From Sphyrna mokarran (taxonomy: Eukaryota), in contig JAGIQG010000001.1 in assembly GCA_024679065.1 (NCBI GenBank), positions 101,246,001 to 101,310,000 on the forward strand: DNA of 64,000 bases, in the 5' to 3' direction. Below the pieces are notes generated by a model, which was not told where the DNA came from, did not search any database, and worked only from the letters and a program-made list of their open reading frames with translations. Positions 35,993 to 47,699 of this stretch are shown piece by piece. The position numbers and the translations under genes were made by a program. Numbering within the stretch: position 1 is the stretch's first letter; the number at the start of each line of letters is the position of its first letter.

Positions 35993-36718
35993 TAGCCTAA
36001 TGCTTTCATGTTGTTAGTATACGCTTGATGCACAGTTCCAGTCATGGAGTCCTAATATTTGTGAATAGGAGCATTACCCATTAGCTTATGTTAAAATATT
36101 GAATTCATGTTTGTAAAGTTCGGAGGTCCACTTACTGTACCCAGCGAAAACTCCAGCCTTGAGGGAGTAAACTCTAGAATGAAACTTGCTTTGTTTGGCT
36201 TTGGTTGAACTTTGGTAAAGAGCCGAATCAGGACTTGTGGATGACATTGATGTATTTGTTTTATCCTACAGGTACTTGGGTCCACCTTGTTGTCTAACAA
36301 GGGGCATACATGCAATGGGTCATGAGAGGACTGCTCTTGGATTTTTCGAGAGTAGCCTAATGCTTTCACGTTGTTAGTATACGCTTGACCTGGACCATTT
36401 GATGGGCAACACGACAGCTCAGTGACTATCGCTGTGCTGTGCAGATACATGGATTTGGGCCTGTGTCTGTGGGAGTTTGCCCATTCTGCCCGTGCTTGCG
36501 TGGGTTTTCTCTGGGTGCTCCAGTTTCCTCCTACATCCCAAAGATGTACTCTTAGGCTGATTGGCAGAACAAATTTTCCCTAAATTGTCTCAAATTTGGT
36601 TCCAATGCATAGATCTATAAACATAGACAAGGATCATGGGTAAAAGTGGGAACATTTGAGGTGGCGGTGTTGGGCCGAAGGGCCTGTTTCCTGTGCTGTT
36701 TTGTTCTTTGTTCTTTGT
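35993..36718 (+). mobile_element. Non-coding copy of the V-domain 3'-UTR retroelement family
   Basis: 36248-36716 closely matches 41878-42360; ends (TTGTTCT)n; 36030-36245 has no counterpart in the window. Confidence 0.85.
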
Positions 36719-37184
36719 TGTCATCCCCTGAGTTGTAATTCCCCTTTTGCAGCAGTGTAAATCAGAAACTGCTCAATTGATGTAAAAGAAATGACAGTTT
36801 AATTGCACTGTATTCATCAAACTCAAAGAAGACAGAACTACTCTGAAGGACAGAGGCCCAAGTGAAATAAAATGTTTTTATGCAAAATCTTAGCAATTAG
36901 AATCATTAAAAGATCAAAAAATTTGGTGCTGTGCAGTAGGAGTGCACAATAACATACAGTTTCCTCACAGATTTTTGCCTTCAGGATTAATTCCTGGAAG
37001 CAGTTAATGGAATATATTTTAATGTCATAAATTGAACCTATTACCTGGAACTTGCTTAATATGCAAATGCCATTGGTGACTGTAGTCAGACAATAGCAAG
37101 CATGGTAAAGGGTACAAACTGCTTTATGGATGCAGGATTTCAACAATAAATATAACAAGTAGTCATTTGGTAGAACAGAATGTG

Positions 37185-38495
37185 AATATTGCTGAAAAAA
37201 AGAGATGCTGTCAAAGCTTTTTGTCTTGTACTCCCCAGGACAAAGGGAACAACAATTTATATTGCATGAGAAGAGAGTACTGACTGATTGGTAAAGGCAT
37301 TGCTATGAAGAATGCATCAGGGAACGGTTCATGGCTGAACTTTTGTTCAAATTCAAACTGTGGGTTGACTGATTCATCAAGACATTGCCATAATGACTGA
37401 ATGGCTATTACTCAAGCTTTTGTTTGCTTGAAAAAGTTGCAATGTGTGGACCTGCTCCTTTTGTCTGCAGAACCCTGCTTGTGAATATATGGAACTTCTG
37501 GCATGCGTAAATGAACTACACTGGGAGCCTGTCTTGATTTGATTGTCAGTGTAATTCTTAGCACAATTGATTAGCAGTGCTGTTCAATCGCTGAATCACA
37601 CTTAATATTGGATATCAAAGGAAGGATTTTCCAGCCCACCCAGAACTAGGATTGTCCAGTCTCACCTAAAATTTATGGACTTTTGACTGGACTACCAAAT
37701 TTACTGCAGCAGGTCCTGCTAAGATGAGACTGGTAAATGTCAACCTGTCTTTTGAGGTTTACAGGAATGGATGTGTATTTGGTCTGTTAAGAACAGCCGA
37801 TGGTCATGCTGTTTGCTATGATCCTCCATTCTTTGGACGTATCTGGCATCACACCAGCACTGATATTTATATACCACATTATTCATTTTTGTGAGAAATA
37901 GAATGCCTTTTTGGCTTGATGGCAACATCCCGTTACTGGCAAGTATCACTCATGTTGCTATCTCATGGTAGCAGCACTAAACAGCTAATTTCACCCATTG
38001 CTCAAATTTTTGAGACACCTTACCTTTTCAGGGTGACCTGAGGTACACTCAGCACTCTTCAAGAACAAAAGTGGTGGCCTTATAGCCACTCATAAGTTCC
38101 CATGTCAAATTGTGAACAATAATCTGATCAGGGTAACCATTATTTTCCACAGGATACCTTTGATGTGCCCTAGTTCTGCATAAAGCTTACACATTGAGCA
38201 AATGGTTTGGAGACCCTGAAATAAGGTTGCTGATTAGGTCAATCCTTTAACATGTGGAGTGTAGGAATCTCAATGCGTATATTGACCAGTGAAAGTAGGT
38301 TTGCAGTAGACTGTGGTACAGAACCCATTGGCAGATTTTTCAATTAGCTGATCAAGGAAAGGGAGCTCATTTGACTGCTCCAATTCAAAGGTGAATTTGA
38401 ATACAGTTTGGAGTCCATTAAGGTGCAAGGACATTCTTATCATATTTGCTACGATTCAGATATAGTAAACATATTATCTGTGTTGCAAATGCATA
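37185..38495 (-). mobile_element. Penelope-like element: RT C-terminus, GIY-YIG endonuclease and 3' terminal repeat, decayed
   Basis: Minus strand reads LNGLQTVFKFTFELEQSNELPFLD...TTVYCKPTFTGQY and NNVVYKYQCWCDARYV...KQH; hammerhead remnant at 37209-37243. Confidence 0.88.
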
Positions 38496-38504
38496 ACAAC
38501 ATAC

Positions 38505-38750
38505 AAAATAGGAGCAGAGGTAGACTATTCACTCCCTTGAGCCTGCCCTGCTGCTTAATAAGATCATAGCTAATCTGTTTGTGTCTCAAATTCTAAATTG
38601 TTCATCTACTCCTGATAATCTTTGATTCTTTTGCTTAAAAATCCATCCTCTACCTTAAAAATATTCAATGGCTTTGATTCTGCTGCCTTCTGAGGTAGAG
38701 TTCCAAAGCTGCACACCCTCAAAAAAAATTCTCATAACACTTTTCCTCAT
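38505..38750 (-). mobile_element. CR1 3' fragment
   Basis: aaataggagcagaggtagactattc...aataagatcatagct...gagttccaaag. Confidence 0.7.
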
Positions 38751-40096
38751 AAAATTCTTCCTGAGATATTATGCAAGGGGTATTTGGGCATATACAGTGC
38801 TGTTAAAACTCAACTCAACTGTTGAGTTAATAAGTTCAATTAATATTGATTCAGGCAATGATAGTGCACCTGGATTACCATGATGTAAAGTAGTGTAAAT
38901 ATCTATGGCTTCCTTGATGGTACATTGATGAATAGGCTAGCATAGTCAAATAAGCACGTGGAGATGGCAATGCTATTGAATCACAAGGATAACATTAGAA
39001 CCATTTTAGATACAATGGAAAATTTGCTACTTAAGTAGTTATGACCTGTTATAGTCATCCAAATGCAGCACCTCAGTTTCATAATCCCTTTTAGAAAGGA
39101 AATCATCACTGGAAAGAGATAGCCTAGGGTTAGAGATTACACCATGATGCCAAGAATCCTGCTCCAAGGATATACAACCTTTATTGATACCATCCAAATG
39201 TAATTATCTGACTACTGAACAGTATCTTCCTGTAATCCTATGATGGAAAGATTTAAAAAGATAAATCAAAAATAGTTGGTATAACATAAAGGTTCTGAGC
39301 ATTTCATCATGTAGTAATAGCATCTTTTCATAGTGCCTGCAGCATACAAGGAATTTAGATCATGACAGAAACCAGAGCCAAAGTGCAACATTTTCTACAG
39401 TGCTCTTGATTCCAAACTTATACGTTGACTTGGAAAATATTCCCAAATCTTTTGTTTCATAGTATCTCTACTTTTCAAATCTATTTTGTTTTCATTCTAA
39501 GGGAGAAAGTCATGCAATTGAAGAAATATTGTTGCAAAGTAGATTAAGTTTGTGTACATGAATTATATTAATCATCTGAATGTTAGAATCTATCTGCTAT
39601 TAAATCTTTTAAATTTACACATTTTAAGAAATGCTTTTCTTTCCAGTTTTGTACACGAATTAGTCTGGCTGAACAATCTTGACCAAAATCAAATGAATGA
39701 ATGATTGGGTAGCCATGTGCAATTAAATAACATGCCGTTTTCTGTGATATGTTACTTTTGATTGTTTCATTTATCCTGATTATAATTGTATTTGAAACAG
39801 TATAAAAAGAAAAGTAAAAATCACATACGTAACACTGATAAGAATTGTCAACAACGCTGAATTTTGGAAGATGTGTACAAGTTGAGGGTAAAAAGCATAG
39901 AACTTTAACTCAGTGGTGTTCAAGTCATGGGCTATGGGAAAAATATGTCCTGTATGATCTGATTTTCAAAGCTTCTGTTCTCACCTTCACTGGTTGTGCC
40001 AGTTTTATTACCCTCAGATTATTTGCTCACAGATTAGGGAAGCAGGTCCCTGATTACTGGATTGTGATCATTTAGGAAGTAGCTTTTATCAGCTCA

Positions 40097-40350
40097 GCAA
40101 CAACTACTTGCATTTATATAGCGCCTTAAAAATGTTCCAAGATGCTTTCTTACAGCATTATCAAACAAAATTTGGCATTGAGATACAGAAGTAAATGTTA
40201 GGATAGGTGATCAAAAAAGTATTTTCTAAGAAGTGTGGTCAAGGATAAGGGAGAAGTTTAAGTAATTCCAGAGCTTTGGTACCAGGTGGTTAAAGTTGTA
40301 GCTGCTGTTGTTGCAGCAAAGAAAATCAGGACGTGTAAGAGCACAGAATT
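40097..40350 (-). mobile_element. L2 LINE 3' end
   Basis: caacaactacttgcatttatatagcgcctt, as at 22343. Confidence 0.75.
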
Positions 40351-41179
40351 GCCAATTTTAAGTACTGAAAGCATCCTTTTCCTGCATCCTAAGCTGCTTT
40401 AATGGTCTCAGCCAAATCTTTGTAGCTGACTTTGTTGGCAGAAGAAATTCTGCCAACAAGGCAGCTACTTACGAAGCAATGATTATACTTCCTGAGTGTA
40501 CTATAAAAGTGGTATATGGCTTCTTGCTGGGCAGAGGATTCAGAATAATAGATAGCTGGAGAGTATACTGCCTGAATTTAGTCTGATGTACCATTTATAC
40601 ATGACCAAACTTCAAATCAGTTAAAGACTATTTAGATGCTTGTGGTGTATCTGCATTGCCTGGATTTGATGACAAATCAGAAGATATCTAGTTTGGATGA
40701 TGTGTTGGAAAGCTGTTACCAGATTGATGAGGTTTAGAATGATGCCATAAACCAAAACTGCAGAGCTCATAAAGTAAATTTACAGATTTAAAGTTGTAAC
40801 ACAGCATCCCAGATGTGTTTGTTTATTAGCACTATGTATAACATTCTGTTGAGGTTAATTTGTTCCTCAATCTTGTTCGCAAGTTTTGTATTTTTTTTGC
40901 TGAATTGCAACTGTATTTGGCCATTTACATGGAAAAGATAATGAGACCCAGTATTATTAAAATCCAAGATAAAGAAATTTCTCACCATGCTTTTAATCAT
41001 CATTGGCTCTTTAATGTTTCGTAATTGTGTGGATTTACTAGTGAAGTTATTAATTAATTATTTACAGTATAGATAATATTTTTAAATCAACATACTTGCG
41101 CTGTTGGCTGAACTTCCCACCAACTTTCCTTATCTACCTTAACTCCAACTTGGAAATACTTTAGTTACTCCATTTTCCT

Positions 41180-41560
41180 GCATGAAGAACAGTCTGAGAA
41201 ATCACAACTAACTATAAAAAAGGGTGTAATGTGTGCATTCACTACTGAAACAGGGAAGAGTGACACAGAGATAGAGTGGGGCAATTTAGAAGAGGATGCC
41301 TACCATTATGCAACAGCTAGTGTCACTGCCGACTGGGGACTCCCACCTTCCTTCCTGGTAGTGGAACATACGGCACCATCTAATCCAGCCCCCATCTCAG
41401 AAAACTTAGTCTCAACTCCTCGTGCTATTCTCATCCCGATAAGTCCAGTCACTAATCCGGTCCCTAAACCAATGAATCCGGTCACTACCTAACGACAGGA
41501 CGGACAGAACCAGAATGTAACTTATGTAACTCCATACACCATGACACAGCTCACTGAATT
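41180..41560 (+). mobile_element. Possible endogenous retrovirus gag fragment
   Basis: One frame with one stop: ...EIEWGNLEEDAYHYA, Pro-rich linker, PMNPVTT*RQDGQNQNVTYVTPYTMTQLTEL (resembles a capsid N-terminus); CpGs retained. Recognition from memory only. Confidence 0.45.
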
Positions 41561-42360
41561 ATGAGGGGTATGGATAGAGTAAACAGAGTTCAGCTTTTTC
41601 CTAGGATGGACTCAAATAGCATCAGGTGTCAGAGGCTTAGAGTGAGGGGAGTAAAGTATAATTTGGATGCTAGTGGGAGTTTTTTCACACAGAGGGTGGT
41701 CAGGGTGTGGAACACGCTGCCAAGTAAAGTGGTGGAGGCAGGCACTCTGGAGTTATTTAAGAAATACTTAGATGGGCACATGAACAGAATTGGAATGGAG
41801 GGATATAGAAAACTGATTTAAAATAGGGATCGTGAGCCTTGGGAGTTCCCTGGGAAGTGTGTAAATAGTCGATAATATCGATGTATTTGTTTTTATCCTA
41901 CAGGTACTTTGATCCGCCTTGTTGTCTAACAAGGGGCATACATGCAATGGGTCGTGAGAGGGCTGCTCTTGGATTTTTTTTTTCAAGAGTATCCTAGTGC
42001 TTCACGTCGTTAGTGTACACTTGACCTGGACCATTTGATGGGCAACACGACAACTCAGTGACTATCGCTGTGCTGTGCAGATACATGGATTTGGACCTGT
42101 CTCTGTGGGAGTCTGCGCATTCTCCCCGTGCTTGCGTGGGTTTTCTCCGGGTGCTCAGGTTTCCTCCCACATCCCAAAGATGTGCTCTTCAGCTGATTGG
42201 CAGAACAAATCTCCCTAAATTGTCTCAAATTTGGTTTCAATGCATAACTCTATAAACATAGATAGGGATCATGGGGTAGAAGTGGGAACATCGAGGTGGC
42301 GGCGTGGGCTCGTTGGGCCAAAGGGCCTGTTTCCCGTGCTGTTTTGTTCTTTGTTCTTTG
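41557..42360 (+). mobile_element. CR1 3' end with ~540-nt V-domain-containing 3' UTR
   Basis: MRGMDRV...FFTQRVVRVWNTLPSKVVEAG...stop 41821; acceptor 41902-03; V-domain ~42100-42220; (TTGTTCT)n tail. Confidence 0.92.
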
Positions 42361-42494
42361 TAACTCAGTATTGTATTTCATTGCAACTTCTAATTGCCAG
42401 TGGGAACCAAATTCAAATTGGTTTGTGACTTATGTGTACCTGTGTCATGAAAAAACTGACTTTTGCGAGCCTAAGTTAGAGCAGATTTCTGAAA

Positions 42495-42745
42495 GCCTGA
42501 AATCATACAATCTCTACAGTGCAGAAGGAACCTGTTGGGCCAATCGAGCCTGCACTGATGACAGTTTCACCCGGGCCTTATTCCTGGAACCCATATATTT
42601 ACCTTGCTAATCTGCCCTGGGCAATTTAGCATAGTCAATCAACCAGACATGGGGTGAATGTGCAAACTCCATACAGAGAGTGACTTGAGGCTGAAATCGA
42701 ACCTGGGTCCCTGATGCTGTGAGGAAGCAGTGCTAAACATTGTGA
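42495..42745 (-). mobile_element. HE1-like V-SINE, internally deleted
   Basis: Reverse tRNA head (aatcgaacctgggtccctg...gcagtgctaa), partial V-domain, CR1-type tail. Confidence 0.85.
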
Positions 42746-43498
42746 CAGATATGATTATTTATTATCAACCCTTCTTAAAATTTTGAAATTATTTTAGGCA
42801 ATTTCAACTATCTCTAGTTCTTTTCAAGTAATAAATCTCAAGAAATAACTTATTTGTTTATGCTTCAGTATCAGATTGGCCCAAAATGTTTTGCAACTGG
42901 ATAAACCAAGCTGGAAAGTGGGTGGATTGTCTTAACTAGTGAAAATTGATAAATGGAATTATAGAATAAATTTTAAGTTCTGTCATTCATCATTCTTAAT
43001 TTACAATAAATAGCCTAGTTTTTTTAAATCTACGGAAAGGTTGGTTTCTGCCTCTCATCAACCCCATCAGCTTTAGATTTTGCCTGAGAGGAATTGAAAT
43101 GACTTAATCTTTCTGAAAATTTAAAACTGACTTCCATTATTCTCACTTTATATTTTTGAAGTATCGTCACTTTTGAAAGAAAGGAAACATTGTACAGATA
43201 CTGTCTCTCAAATCCAGCAGTTCAAAAACTGTCCATTTTCAGAATGTGCCATGCATTGATTTTGATTGAGTACAATTTAGAAAAAAAAGTAACCAACCTG
43301 GATAGTTTGGTGAGATGCTGCATTGGCAAGGTATGGTATTAACTAGTTATCCTCTTCACCAGTTTATTCTGCACTGCAAGCGACCTTTGACCCAACCCTA
43401 CGTGATTTGTCTTAACCTGAACTGTCCAACGTGAAACCTTGCAAAATCCAAAATCCAGCATGACATAGGTCCCAATGTTGCTACTTTTGAGATATGTG

Positions 43499-46410
43499 GA
43501 ACATAGAACATTACAGCGCAGTACAGGCCCTTCGGTCCTCGATGTTGCACTGACCAATGGAACCAGTTTTATGATTCTCTAACCTAAACTATTCCAATGC
43601 TATCTATATGCCTATCCACTGACCATCTGAACACCCTTAAACTTGGCAAGTCCACAACTGCTGCAGGTAGGGCATTCCACGCTCTTACTACCCTCTGAGT
43701 AAAGAACCCACCTCTAACATCCATCCTATAACTACCACCCTTTAATTTAAAGCTATGTCCCCTCGTGTTAGCCGTCTCCATACGAGGAAAAAGGCTCTCA
43801 CTATCCACCCTATCTAACTCTCTGATCATCTTATATGTCTCAATTAGGTCACCTCTTTGCCACCTTCTCTCTTTTAAAAAAAAACCTCAAGTCCCTTAGC
43901 CTTTCCTCATAAGACCTACCCAGGCAACATCCTGGTAAACCTCCTCTGCACCCTTTCCAATGCCTCCACATCTTTCTTATAATGTGGCGACCAAAACTGT
44001 ACGCAATGCCGCAAGTGCAGACGCACCAGAGTTTTGTACAGTTGCCACATGTCTCGGCTCTGAGGTTCAATTCCTCTACCAATAAATGCTAACACACTGT
44101 ACGCCTTTTTAACAACCTTATCAACTTGAGTACCAACTTTCAGAGATCTATGCATTTGTATACCAAGATCTCTCTGCTCATCTACACTACTAAGAGTCCT
44201 ACCGTTAGCCCTACATTCTGTACACATATTACTCTTACCAAAGTGAATCACCTCACACTTTTCTGCATTAATCTCCATTTGCCACCTCTCGGCCCAACTC
44301 TGCAACTTATCTATGTCCCTCTGCAAACTGTAACATCCATCCTCACTGTCTACAACTCCTCCGACTTTGGTGTCATCAGCAAATAACCCATCCCTCTATA
44401 CCTTCATTCAGGTCATTTATTAAAAAAAACAAACCACAGTGGCCCCAAAACAGATCCCTGAGGTATACCACTAGTAACTAAACTCCAGGTTGAGTATATC
44501 CCATCAACCACCACCCTCTGTTTTCTATCAGCTAACCAATTCCTAATCCAAATTGCTAAATCACCCCCAATCCCATGCATCTGCATTTTCTGCAGTAGTC
44601 TTCCATGGGGAACCTTATCAAACGCTCTGCTAAAATCCATATACACCACGTCAACTGCCTTACCCTTATCCACCCGTTTGGTCACCTTTTCAAAAAACTC
44701 GATAAGGTTTGTGAGGCACGACCGACCCTTTACAAATCCATGTTGACTATCCCTAATCAATTCATTTCTCTCTAGATGACTATAAATCCTATCCCTTATA
44801 ATTCTTTCCAAAACTTTCCACACAACAGATGTAAGGTTCACCGGTCTATATAATTTGCAGGATGGTCTCTACTCCCCTTCTTAAACAAGGGGACACCATT
44901 TGCCATCCTCCAGTCTTCCGGGACTATACCTGTAACCAATGACAACATGAAGATCAAAGCCAAAGGCTCTGCATTCTCCTCTCTAGCCTCCCAGAGCAAC
45001 CTGGGATAAATCCCATCTGGCCCAGGGTACTTATGTATTTTCATACTCTCAAGAATAGCTAACACCTCCTCCTCATGTACCTCTATCCTGTCTAGTCTAC
45101 AACCCTGCATACCAGTATTCTCCTCGACTACATTGACATTTTCCCGCGTGAAGACTGACGAAAAATGCTCATTCAGTGCCTCTCCAATCTCTACAGGCTC
45201 CACGCACAACTTCCCACTGCTGATTCTGACTGGCCCTAATCTTGCCCTAACCAATCTTTTATTCTTAATATATCTATAAAAAGCTTTAGGGTTCTCCTTA
45301 ATCCTATCCGCCAAAGTCTTCTCGTGCCCTATTCTAGCTCTTCTTAACTCCCTCTTTAGCTCCCTCCTGGCAAATTTATAACTCTCCTGTGCCCTAACCG
45401 AGCCTTCACGTGTCATCTTTATATATGCCTCCTTTTTTCTCTTCACCAGAGGACCAACTTCCTTAGTACACCACAGTTCCCTCGCTCTACCACTTCCTCC
45501 TTGCCTGACAGGTACATATTTGTCAAGGACTCGCAGCAGCTGTTCCTTGTATAACTTCCATATTTCAGATATTCCTAGCCCCTGCAGTTTCCTACTCCAA
45601 CCTATGTATCCTAAATCTCGCCTAATAGCCTCATAATTACCTTTCCCTCAGCTATAATTTCTTCCCTTCGGTATATGCCTATCCCTTCCCATCACTAAGG
45701 TAAACGTAACCAAATTGTGGTCACTGTCACCAAAGTGCTCAACTACCTCCAAGTCTAACACCTGGTCTGGTTCAGAACCAAATCCAATGACGTCTCACCT
45801 CTTGTTGGCCTATCTACATACTGAGTCATAAAACCCTCCTGTGCACATTGTACAAAAACTGACCCCTCTAATGTGTTTGAGCTATAGCTTTTCCAATCAA
45901 TATTTGCAAAGTCCCCCATAACAACTACCCTGTTACCTTTCCCTTCTGTCCAGAATCATCCTTGCAATGCTTTCCTCTACATCTCTGGACCTTTTTTGGA
46001 GGCCTACAAAAAAACTCCCAACAGGGCGACTCTCCTATCCATTTTCTAATCTCAGCCCAACTACCTCAATAGACAGGTCCACATCAAATGTCCTTTCTGC
46101 CACCGTAATACAGATTTTGACTAACAATGCCACACCTCCTCCTCTTCTACCACCTATTCTGCTCTGACTGAAACATCTCAACCCCGGAACCTGGAACAAC
46201 CATTCCTGTCCCTACTCTATCCATGTTTCTGAAATGGCCACAACATCGAAGTCCCAGGTATTAATCCAGGTTGCAAGTTCATCCACCTTATTGTGTATGC
46301 TCCCCACATTGAAGTATACACAGTTCAAACCACCCTCCCGCCTACCAGTACACTGCTGTGACCCAGAAACCTTATCCATTTCCTTTCTATTCCCATCCTC
46401 CTGTACATTT
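43499..46410 (-). mobile_element. CR1 LINE spanning essentially all of ORF2 (APE + RT), frameshifted
   Basis: GLNCVYFNVGSIHNKVDEL...VVAISETW (APE start, ~46220-46340); RT split over ORFs 43584-45446; (TTCTATG) tail. Confidence 0.96.
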
Positions 46411-46411
46411 G

Positions 46412-46675
46412 TGCCACAAAATATACGAATCATGTGAGCTCTTTGGATAACAGGTACAAACTTGAAGAATTTGAGTCCTGTGGCCACAAACAACCTGCAC
46501 GTGGACCAAACAGTTACCCTTCCTGCTGATGAAAGCTCCCAGCTCTTCTGCTGGTGCCCTGATGGCCACATGCGTGCTGTCTATACCATCCTGGATGCTG
46601 GGGAATCCAGCCATTGCCGCAAAGCCTTTGTCTTGCTGCTCATCTGTCTAGTAGTGGATAAATATGCAGACATGG
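46412..46675 (-). mobile_element. PIF/Harbinger DDE transposase fragment
   Basis: GFAAMAGFPSIQDGIDSTHVAIRAP...FISRKG...VQVVC...YPKSSHDSYIL matches the GAIDxTH / NRKG / PGSxHD motifs of DDE_Tnp_4. Confidence 0.9.
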
Positions 46676-46716
46676 TTGAAGATGGCCCTGATACTAGCTT
46701 CACTTGTGAAGGAAAA

Positions 46717-46760
46717 AACAGAGTTAACATTTTGAGTCCGTACAACTCTTCTTCAGAGCT
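46717..46760 (-). ncRNA. Decayed minimal type-I hammerhead ribozyme (Penelope-like repeat remnant)
   Basis: Minus strand CTGAAGA-A-GAGTT-gtacg-GACTC-AAAATGTT; explained by two CpG transitions from GAAACGTT. Confidence 0.6.
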
Positions 46761-47254
46761 GTGTGAAAGGAGCTTGTGCTATAAATAGCTACAGCATCTC
46801 ATCAAGGTCTCATAATTAACTTCTCCCAGTGCAGGAAAAATAAAGTGAGAATAATGGAAGTCAGTTTTAAATTTGCAGAAAGACCAAATCATTTCAACTC
46901 CTCTCGTCAAAATCCAAAGCTGGTGGGGCTGATGTGAGGTATAAAGCGACCTTTCCATAAGTGCAAATAATTGAGTTATTTACTGTAAATTCAGAATGAT
47001 GAATAACAGAACTCAAAATTTATTCTACAATTACATTCATCGATTTTCACTGGTTAAGACAATCCACCCAATTTCCAATCAAGTCTGTTGCATTTTTATT
47101 TCCTTCACAGCATTTAATGCCAGAAGCAATGTGGTCTCCATACAGCAGAAGATTTAAAATTCCCACTTTGTAGAGCCGCTGCAGCCTTCAAGTGCTACTA
47201 TGCTCAATACTTGACTTACTCCACCAATCAGGAGATCAAATTGTACAAGAAGAT

Positions 47255-47500
47255 TTTGATTGGATTTATTATCGTCACAGGTATTGGGATACAATGAAAA
47301 GTATTCTTCTTGCATGCTGTACGGACAAAGCATATTGTTCATACAGTACATAGGGAAGAAGGGGAGGGGGCAGAATGCAATGTTACAATCATAACTAGAG
47401 TGAAAAGATAGATCAGCATAATGTTCGATCTATTCAAAAGTCTGATGGCAGCAGAGAAATAACTGTTCCTGAATAGATTGGTACATGATCTTACCTTTTG
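47255..47500 (-). mobile_element. Rex1/Babar 3' fragment
   Basis: ttgattggatttattatcgtcac...aaaagtctgatggcagcag, as at 2980-3200. Confidence 0.8.
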
Positions 47501-47699
47501 CATTAGAGACTGCTACTACAGGATAAAGTATTCACTTAGCTGCATTTCCCAGAGGGGAACTAAAATCTTGGGGGGAAAATTTGCCAATGCTATTTAGAGG
47601 GGAGGTTGGGGGATGGGGTGGTTAAACTGATTCAGATGTCTAGACTGATCTGGAGAGCTTTGCAGCATTCTCCAGAGCATGTTTCCCTCACAATCATAG

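Noticed and set aside
36120-36175. Hammerhead or HDV-like fold around cagcgaaaactcc...ggagta
   Set aside because: No CUGANGA upstream, and spacing is too short for an HDV core.
41990-42060. HDV/CPEB3-like ribozyme suggested by TTCACGTCG and GGGCAACA words
   Set aside because: I could not form P3, P1 and P2 in the required nested double-pseudoknot order; a simple long hairpin fits better.
46412-46675. Domesticated HARBI1 gene
   Set aside because: Short fragment with an upstream in-frame stop and degenerate motifs, truncated by a CR1; it is a transposon relic.
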